A stretch of DNA of 26,973 nt from an uncultured Planctomycetia bacterium. Its GTDB lineage: Bacteria > Omnitrophota > Gorgyraeia > 1-14-0-20-64-10. Positions 1 through 6,700 of this stretch are shown in pieces. The notes below the pieces were generated by a model. It saw only the letters and a program-made list of their open reading frames with translations, had not been told where the DNA came from and made no database searches. A program made the translations under genes and the position numbers. The first letter of the stretch is position 1; every line of letters starts with the position of its first letter. The stretch lies in contig CAYJSX010000002.1 in the NCBI GenBank assembly GCA_964372575.1, positions 1 through 26,973 on the forward strand, in the 5' to 3' direction.

Positions 1-698
<698 letters not shown>

Positions 699-704
<6 letters not shown>

Positions 705-764
705 TCCCGCTCGTCATTCCCGCGAAAGCGGGAATCAGATCCTCCGATCAAGTCGAAGGATGAC
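699..764. repeat. dRS3/REP-like composite palindrome (GTCATTCCCGCGAAAGCGGGAATC plus a second hairpin ending GGATGAC) with a 12-bp partial duplicate
   Basis: ATTCCC-N8-GGGAAT at 716-735; hairpin ATCCTCCGA-tcaag-TCGAAGGAT at 739-761; CGTCATTCCCGC at both 699-710 and 712-723. Confidence 0.8.
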
Positions 765-1237
765 GGCTTGGAAGCCGTCACCTCTCGAACCACCCTGTAA
801 ATGACATCTGAGGAGAATCCGCGCCGGCTTAAAAAACCAAAGAGGCGCCTTTTGGCCGCCTCTTTCTCCAATCCCTTCAAGGAAGGCAGGCGCTTGGCGG
901 CCACCGCCTTGGCCATCTCCAGCTCGCTTACGCCCTCTGCGGCCTCTTCCACCGCGGTCGCCGCCACTTCCGGCGCGATTCCCTTGGATTCCAGCTCGGC
1001 CAGAAGCCCCCTGCGCCCGGAGGGCTTGAGCGCTGTCTGCCGGGCGGCGAAGTAGCGGGCAAACTTGGCATCATCCACGAGGCCCTTGGCCTTGAAATCG
1101 GCGAGGAGCAACTCGGCCGTCTCCGCGGAGAAACCTTTCATAAGAAGGCGCTTGCGCAGCTCGGCCTCGGAGCGCGGCCTGAATTTAAGAAGGAGCAGCG
1201 CCTGGGCCCTGGCCCTGGCGAGCAACTCACTCTCCAT
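701..1237 (-). CDS. recX: Regulatory protein RecX
   Basis: [19 protein letters not shown]...GLVDDAKFA...LSRRGFS motifs. Start taken at ATG 1237, overlapping the htrA stop (track start 1285). C-terminus extended by the repeat. Confidence 0.9.
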
Positions 1238-2708
1238 TTTTCGCTCGGATGACCGCGAAGCCCCGGGGGGTTTTGACCAGGGCATCCCCTTCGATCTTCT
1301 TGATCAGCTTCGTGAAATCGTTGAGGGAGCTGATCGGCTGGCGGTTGATCTCCAGGATCACGTCTCCTACCCTCATGCCGGCCTCTTCCCCTGGGGAGGC
1401 CGGCTCCACCTGGGTGACCACCACCCCTTGGGTTTCCCTCACCCGATACCGCCGGGCCAGCTCTTCGGTGATTTCGCTCACCTCCAGCCCTCTCCAGGTT
1501 CCTTCCCCTCGGGCCTCCCAGGAGTCGAGACTCTGGGGGCGCTCTCCCACCTTGACCGAAAGCTCCACGGTTTTTCCGTTGCGGATCACGCCGAGTTTGA
1601 GCTTTTTACCGACCGGAGCCCTGGCCACCTTCTTCAAAAGCTCCCGAACGTCTTTGAGCGGCGCCCCGTCAAGGCGGACGATCACGTCCCCGTCCTGAAG
1701 CCCTCCCTCCTGGGCCGGAGAACCCGGCAGGACCCTGGCCACAATGATCCCTTCCTTGGCGCTTAGGCCAAAGTGCTGGGCCAGCTCTTCGGTCACATCC
1801 TGCACGTTCACACCCAGCCAGCCGTAGAGGATCTTCTTTCCCTCGATCAGGTCCCCCAGGATCGCCTTGGCCGTGTTGCTGGGGATCGCGAAGCCGATGC
1901 CCTGGTAGCCGCCGGTCGTCGAGAAGATCGCCACGTTGACCCCGATCACCTGCCCCTGGAGGTTCACCAGGGGCCCGCCGCTGTTGCCGGGGTTGATCGC
2001 GGCATCGGTCTGGATCAAGTTCGAGTAATCCCTCTCTCCGGAGCGGCCCAGTTGGATCGAGCGGTTCAACGCCGAGATCACCCCCACCGTCACGGTCGGC
2101 TCCGAGCCCCCCACGGCCCAGCCAAAGGGATTGCCCACGGCAACGGCCCAGTGTCCGATCTTGACAGAGTCCGAATCGCCCAGCTCGGCGTGAGGGAGGT
2201 TCTTGGCGTCGATCTTGATCACCGCCAGATCCGAGCGGATGTCAGAGCCCTTGATCTGGCCCTTGAGCTCCCGCCCATCCGGCAGGGTGACCGTCACCTT
2301 GTCGGCGCCGTGGACCACATGCTCGTTGGTCAGGATGTACCCTTCCTCATCGATGATCACCCCGGTGCCCAGGCCCCGCCGCTTGAACTCCCGGTCCATC
2401 GGCTCATCCCCGAAGAAATCCCGGAAGAAGCGCTCAAAGAGGTCCTCCTCAAAATCAGAGAAGGGGCTGTGTCTCCCAAAGGGATGGCGGCGAATCCGGA
2501 CCCGTTCGGTGACCTCCGTCGAGATCGAGACGACCGCCGGCCCCACCTTTTTTGCCACCTCCACAAACCGCCCCTGAAGCTGCTCGGCCGCATCCAGCGG
2601 CGCCGCCTCCGGCACGGCGGGCGTCTGGGCCGCCGCCGGAGAGCCGACGCCCAACCCGAAGGCCGCCGCAGCCACCATAATCAAAATAAGACCATTCTTC
2701 CGCACCAT
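1227..2708 (-). CDS. htrA: DegP/DegQ (HtrA-family) serine protease with two PDZ domains
   Basis: Signal peptide; GLGTGVII..LTNEHVV, SDLAVIKI and DAAINPGNSGGPL catalytic motifs; two PDZ-like segments. ATG 2708 is preceded by AAGGAG. Confidence 0.92.
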   Translation of the reverse strand: MVRKNGLILIMVAAAAFGLGVGSPAAAQTPAVPEAAPLDAAEQLQGRFVEVAKKVGPAVVSISTEVTERVRIRRHPFGRHSPFSDFEEDLFERFFRDFFGDEPMDREFKRRGLGTGVIIDEEGYILTNEHVVHGADKVTVTLPDGRELKGQIKGSDIRSDLAVIKIDAKNLPHAELGDSDSVKIGHWAVAVGNPFGWAVGGSEPTVTVGVISALNRSIQLGRSGERDYSNLIQTDAAINPGNSGGPLVNLQGQVIGVNVAIFSTTGGYQGIGFAIPSNTAKAILGDLIEGKKILYGWLGVNVQDVTEELAQHFGLSAKEGIIVARVLPGSPAQEGGLQDGDVIVRLDGAPLKDVRELLKKVARAPVGKKLKLGVIRNGKTVELSVKVGERPQSLDSWEARGEGTWRGLEVSEITEELARRYRVRETQGVVVTQVEPASPGEEAGMRVGDVILEINRQPISSLNDFTKLIKKIEGDALVKTPRGFAVIRAKNGE

Positions 2709-2814
2709 GTCGTTACGCTCCTTGGAGTGAAACAGCGCCCGGTCCGCCAAAGTTCTGTGGCGGACGGACGCTGTGAGGATAGCCAACCCGTTAAAATCTA
2801 AAGCTTAGGGTAAG

Positions 2815-3927
2815 CTACGAACCTGCCGCAGGATGAGCCATCACGGTCTCGCGCAGCTTCGATTCCAGCTCGGAAAAGAGTTTTGGATTTTCCTTCAAAA
2901 AAGCGCGGGCATTCTCCCGCCCCTGGCCCAGCTTCACCTCGCCGTAGGTGAGCCACGTCCCGGTCTTCTGCAAAGTACCGGTCTGGGTTCCCACATCAAT
3001 CAGGTCGCCCGATCGGGAGATCCCCTCGTCCCACATGATGTCGAACTCCGCCTGCCTGAAGGGGGGAGCCACCTTGTTCTTCACCACCCGAACCCGGACG
3101 TGAGAGCCGACCACCTCATCGCCCCGCTTGATGTGCTCAATCCGGCGGATGTCCAGCCGCACCGAGCAATAGAATTTGAGCGCCCTGCCCCCTGGCGTCG
3201 TCTCGGGGTTCCCGTAGAAAACCCCGATCTTTTCCCGAAGCTGATTGATGAAGACGAGCGACGTCTTCGACTTGGAGATCGCCCCGGTGAGCTTGCGCAT
3301 CGCCTGCGACATGAGCCGCGCCTGCAGCCCCACTTGGGCCTGCCCCATCTCCCCCTCGATCTCCGCCTTGGGGACGAGGGCGGCCACCGAGTCCACCACC
3401 ACCAGATCAATCGCATTGGAGCGGATGAGCATCTCGGCGATCTCCAAGGCCTGCTCGCCGGTGTCCGGCTGGCTGATCAGAAGCTCATCCAGATCCACCC
3501 CGATCTTCTTGGCGTAGCCCGGGTCAAAGGCGTGCTCGGCGTCAATGAAGGCGGCCACCCCGCCCCCCCGCTGGGTCTCGGCGATCACCGAAAGGGTGAG
3601 GGTCGTCTTGCCGGAAGACTCCGGCCCGAAGATCTCCACCACCCTGCCCCGCGGGATCCCCCCCACCCCCAGGGCCATATCGAGCGACAAGGAGCCGGTC
3701 GGCAGGGCCGGAACCGGCACCACCGCGTCGCCCCCCAGCTTCATGATCGAGCCCTTGCCGAACTGGCGCTCGATCTGCGCCAACGTCAACTCCAGGGTCT
3801 TCACCCGCCCCGCACGCCTCTCCTCAACCGATTTTGAGGCAGAGTCAGAGGCAACAGGCGCGTGTGTCTCTTTGGTTTCTGCCTTGGCTTTGGTTCGCGG
3901 CATGGCCTTTGTCTCTAAGGTGCCCAT
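2815..3927 (-). CDS. recA: Recombinase A
   Basis: [11 protein letters not shown], Walker [44 protein letters not shown] upstream of ATG 3927. Confidence 0.99.
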   Translation of the reverse strand: MGTLETKAMPRTKAKAETKETHAPVASDSASKSVEERRAGRVKTLELTLAQIERQFGKGSIMKLGGDAVVPVPALPTGSLSLDMALGVGGIPRGRVVEIFGPESSGKTTLTLSVIAETQRGGGVAAFIDAEHAFDPGYAKKIGVDLDELLISQPDTGEQALEIAEMLIRSNAIDLVVVDSVAALVPKAEIEGEMGQAQVGLQARLMSQAMRKLTGAISKSKTSLVFINQLREKIGVFYGNPETTPGGRALKFYCSVRLDIRRIEHIKRGDEVVGSHVRVRVVKNKVAPPFRQAEFDIMWDEGISRSGDLIDVGTQTGTLQKTGTWLTYGEVKLGQGRENARAFLKENPKLFSELESKLRETVMAHPAAGS

Positions 3928-3962
3928 TATACCCCCTCCTTTTTAGGTTGGCAAGATCCCCC

Positions 3963-3991
3963 ATCTTACCCCAGGCAAGCATATTTGTCAA
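3963..3991 (-). promoter_or_regulatory. Sigma70-type recA promoter
   Basis: Minus strand TTGACA (3991-3986), 17 nt, TAAGAT (3968-3963), with an AT-rich tract upstream. Confidence 0.75.
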
Positions 3992-4041
3992 TAGATAAAA
4001 TAATTTATTATTAGATTAATACCGGAGCCAACCACAACTGC

Positions 4042-4716
4042 CTAGCTGGTAAGATCTTTAGAGAGTTCTTTTCTCCACCGATCAAAGAAGCCCGACAACT
4101 CCTGAAAGGGAACAGGCTGAAGAAGCATCAGCAATTCTGGTGCGTCCCTTTGGAAGGTTTTGATCCTTTCAAAAGCCACCCCCAGCCAATAGAGGTCAAA
4201 ACCAGGATCCTTCTTCTTTGCCCTCTCGATCAATTCCTCGGGCCGAAAGTGCCCCCCCTGAATCAGCGCGTAGATGTCGATGAAATCCCTAAGGGTGGCT
4301 CGACCGAATAAAGCCAGAAACTTACCGGCAGCCAGGTCCTCGAGATTCTCGACCCTTAAGTTGGGGTACCCTGGAAAGACAACGGTGGATTTAAATCGAA
4401 AAGGGGCATCTTGTGCCAAGTGGATCAGGGTGGTCTCTTTTCCCTTTTGGACCGTCAGTTCGACGAACGAACGAAATCCCCTTTGGCGCTGAACCTCCAT
4501 TCCATCATCGGTTCTCAGCCTCTCCTCTAACCGGCGAGAGAACGGGTCAATGAGTTCCTCCGCCGCCGTAAAGAAATCGAGGTCGTTGCTCCTGCGGTGC
4601 TTCAGATAGAACAGGGATAGGGCAGTTCCCCCTACCAGATAGAACTGTTCGCTCTCCGGCACCTTGGGAAACCTCCGGAGGACCGTCTCTTGGGCGTCAT
4701 TAATGATCTGCAACAA
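4042..4716 (-). CDS. AbiEii-like nucleotidyltransferase toxin (copy 1)
   Basis: FYLVGGTALSLFYLKHRRSNDLDFF (GGTA..R.S.D.D motif) and C-terminal K..A...R...RDFID. Confidence 0.85.
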   Translation of the reverse strand: MLQIINDAQETVLRRFPKVPESEQFYLVGGTALSLFYLKHRRSNDLDFFTAAEELIDPFSRRLEERLRTDDGMEVQRQRGFRSFVELTVQKGKETTLIHLAQDAPFRFKSTVVFPGYPNLRVENLEDLAAGKFLALFGRATLRDFIDIYALIQGGHFRPEELIERAKKKDPGFDLYWLGVAFERIKTFQRDAPELLMLLQPVPFQELSGFFDRWRKELSKDLTS

Positions 4717-4966
4717 AATCCTCCCAGAACCTTCTCACCTCGTCGGGAAGAAAGGGCTTCACCCTCTGGAGCGACCCCTCCAACTTTCTCCAGGGAACCG
4801 TTTTTAAGAGCTGTCTCACGTCTTCTGATCCGCCTCGGGTAGTCACCTGTTGAACGTACCCATCCAGCGTGGAGGGCTCCGACAAATCGAGCCGGAGGCC
4901 TTCCCTGAGGAACCAAAATAAGCGCCGATCGGGCGCGATCTTGCACTCTGACAGGGGCTTTTTCAT
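4700..4966 (-). CDS. Small putative antitoxin (DUF6922-like) upstream of toxin 1
   Basis: LFWF...YVQQVTTRGGSEDV...RRFWEDF pattern, similar to 5820..6050. Overlaps the toxin start. ATG 4966 preferred over track start 4984. Family name is from recall, not a search. Confidence 0.7.
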   Translation of the reverse strand: MKKPLSECKIAPDRRLFWFLREGLRLDLSEPSTLDGYVQQVTTRGGSEDVRQLLKTVPWRKLEGSLQRVKPFLPDEVRRFWEDFVADH

Positions 4967-5004
4967 CGATTTTAAGTCTACCACAAAGCTGTCCGCAAAA
5001 AGGA

Positions 5005-5029
5005 AGGCTTACCGCGGGTTACTGACGGC
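5005..5029. repeat. 25-bp direct repeat, copy A (AGGCTTACCGCGGG-N5-GACGGC)
   Basis: 20/25 identical to 5136-5160, including a 14-bp exact core. Confidence 0.75.
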
Positions 5030-5074
5030 GGATAAGGCGGTCTAACCGGCTGAAGCGGTGGATCGCGTTGGAAT

Positions 5075-5112
5075 TACGCGAGGATGAGGCTCTTTAAGGC
5101 CTCGTAGACCTG
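5075..5112 (-). pseudogene. Orphan 3'-end remnant (QVYEALKSLILA*) of the GLEE-linker gene
   Basis: 5078-5112 matches 6162-6196 at 34/35 nt. No start codon; in-frame stops just upstream. Confidence 0.75.
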
Positions 5113-5135
5113 GGGAACGTTCTGTTAGTCGTTTG

Positions 5136-5160
5136 AGGCTTACCGCGGGGTCTCGACGGC
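5136..5160. repeat. 25-bp direct repeat, copy B
   Basis: AGGCTTACCGCGGG-gtctc-GACGGC; matches 5005-5029. Confidence 0.75.
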
Positions 5161-5172
5161 CACGAGGCCTGT

Positions 5173-5817
5173 CTATCCCTGCATGAGCCAAGAAATCTGA
5201 CCTTCGAAGAACTCCACGAGCTGCTCGATGGCCACCGGTTTAATCATCCGAGGGAGTATTTTGACCTCGGTTATCCTCGAGAAGGCCTGAGCCAACCAAT
5301 AATTGTCCAGGCCCAGATGCTTTTCTTTCGCTCGAGGAAGAAGAACCGGTAGGGGATACAACTCCTGGTGAATAAAATACACGTCGACAAAATCCTTAGG
5401 GTCTGACCGGTCGTAAAGGGCAGACAGTTTGTTGCAGGCGATATCCAGGGCGCTGTCCATCCACAGCGCCCATTCCGGACGTTGAACCTTGGCCTCCAGA
5501 CGGTAGGGGCTGGCCAGCGCAAAGTCCATCTCAATCCTCTCTTCCTTTCGATTCACCAGGAAGCACTCCAAGAAGCTTCCCGTGGTTCGCGTGAAGGAAA
5601 CCGTGGCCTGCATCTGTTTGGCCAACTCCTGTACGACAGGCGGCACACGGGAAACGGCTTGAGGATCGTCGGTAAAGAAATCCAGATCATCCGAATACCT
5701 GTGGTGAAGGTAAAAGGCGGACAGGGCCGTGCCGCCCGTGAGATAAAAGTCGTCCCGAAGAGGAGTCTCAGCGAGTTGGGCAAGGAGTTGGCGCTGGAAA
5801 GGGGTGAGGATTTCGAT
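5173..5817 (-). CDS. AbiEii-like nucleotidyltransferase toxin (copy 2), canonical start codon absent (ATC)
   Basis: The frame of the track ORF 5173..5646 stays open upstream: (I)EILTPFQRQLLAQLAETPLRDDFYLTGGTALSAFYLHHRYSDDLDFF. No ATG/GTG/TTG lies between the in-frame TGA in the antitoxin gene and GTG 5646. Confidence 0.8.
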   Translation of the reverse strand: MEILTPFQRQLLAQLAETPLRDDFYLTGGTALSAFYLHHRYSDDLDFFTDDPQAVSRVPPVVQELAKQMQATVSFTRTTGSFLECFLVNRKEERIEMDFALASPYRLEAKVQRPEWALWMDSALDIACNKLSALYDRSDPKDFVDVYFIHQELYPLPVLLPRAKEKHLGLDNYWLAQAFSRITEVKILPRMIKPVAIEQLVEFFEGQISWLMQG

Positions 5818-5819
5818 GG

Positions 5820-6050
5820 CTAGGCGGCCCGGTCAAGCAGGGCGAAATAGGTATCCCAAAAAGAGCGTATTTTTTTCGGCAGGACAAGGGCAGGCAGGGC
5901 CTGCCGGATACTCTCTAGGCCGATGGCCTGTACATCCGAAAGGGTCCCTCGGGTAAGAACACGGCCCAGGTACCAGCGCTTGACCGCTTCCTCTTGCAAG
6001 TCGGCATCAGAGAGATCGTAATCCCACACCAACCGCCGGTTAATCTCCAC
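5820..6050 (-). CDS. Small putative antitoxin (DUF6922-like) upstream of toxin 2
   Basis: LVWDYDL...WYLGRVLTRGTLSDV...IRSFW; SD-like GGGGAGGGG before the GTG. Confidence 0.75.
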   Translation of the reverse strand: MEINRRLVWDYDLSDADLQEEAVKRWYLGRVLTRGTLSDVQAIGLESIRQALPALVLPKKIRSFWDTYFALLDRAA

Positions 6051-6067
6051 CGCCCCTCCCCGCCTTA

Positions 6068-6076
6068 ATTATACCA
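6068..6076 (-). promoter_or_regulatory. Extended -10 promoter of TA pair 2
   Basis: Minus strand TGG-TATAAT, 17 nt upstream of GTG 6050. Confidence 0.6.
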
Positions 6077-6095
6077 TCCAGAGCTGACCTCTGTA

Positions 6096-6159
6096 AGAGA
6101 ACGCTTCTTAAAAGGACACTTCTCTCCAGAGAGAAGTGTCCCAGAGAGAAGCGGTCTCT
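6096..6159. repeat. 64-bp nested palindromic element, copy 1
   Basis: Identical to 9805-9868. Inner 13-bp perfect stem at 6114-6141; outer 13-bp arms with 1 mismatch. Overlaps the TAG of the upstream gene. Confidence 0.92.
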
Positions 6160-6700
6160 AAGCGAAGATGAGGCTCTTTAAGGCCTCGTAGACCTGATCG
6201 AGAGGTTTCCCTTGAAGCCCCAGGTAGGGCGTGGGGATGACGGGGTAGGTTGAGGCCCCAGAGGCCACCGCCTGCACGATCACCACCGGCAGGGCTCCAA
6301 GAGGAAGGGACTCGTTTGGATTGCTCTCTGGGTGACGCTTGACTTCAACAACCCGAAAGTCCTGATAAAGCTGCCGCGTTACGTCTGAGATGAAATCGAC
6401 CTGCAGGTCAATCCCTTCGGGCAATCCCAGCCTCTCCCGAAGCGCCAGCCCCAGGCCCACAAACCCTGGGCCAAAGACCTCCCCGACTCGACCCAGATCA
6501 TCCGGGTCCAGCAGTTTCTCATCAATGAGAACGGCCAAGTTGGCGGCAGAGCCCTTCGCTAGCTCGCCGTAGAAATCCCTCAAAGCTTCCATTCGGTCAT
6601 CGCCACCAATGGCGTTGGCCACCAAGCTCTCCACCTCCTCCAGGCCGGCGGGCTTGGAGGGTGCTGGCCCCTCGGTACCCGGTACCGCTGTCGCCCGCAC
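6158..6700 (-). CDS. C-terminal part (AGLEE linker plus ~158-aa terminal domain) of the frameshifted modular protein
   Basis: Begins with a Pro-rich linker and AGLEE like those in 6580..8439. The frame is open upstream to about 6827. Confidence 0.65.
   Translation of the reverse strand: MRATAVPGTEGPAPSKPAGLEEVESLVANAIGGDDRMEALRDFYGELAKGSAANLAVLIDEKLLDPDDLGRVGEVFGPGFVGLGLALRERLGLPEGIDLQVDFISDVTRQLYQDFRVVEVKRHPESNPNESLPLGALPVVIVQAVASGASTYPVIPTPYLGLQGKPLDQVYEALKSLIFA

Noticed and set aside
1773-2801. 342-aa plus-strand ORF, and similar long antisense ORFs at 2833..3837, 17992..19473 and 21296..22738
   Set aside because: Shadow ORFs opposite htrA, recA, ftsK and pnp, expected from GC-rich codon bias; no recognisable motifs.
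2799-2817. AAAGCTTAGGGTAAGCTA after the recA stop, resembling the GCTTA heptamers
   Set aside because: AGCT spacing is 11 bp, not 7; too short to support.
5005-5160. Repeat-spacer-repeat as a mini-CRISPR or integron attC array
   Set aside because: Only two imperfect copies, a 106-bp spacer, no cas or integrase gene, and no attC-type RYYYAAC/GTTRRRY ends.
5553-5783. 76-aa minus-strand ORF suggesting a frameshifted N-terminus of toxin 2
   Set aside because: The real toxin N-terminus is in the same frame as 5173..5646, so there is no frameshift; this ORF is an alternative-frame artefact.
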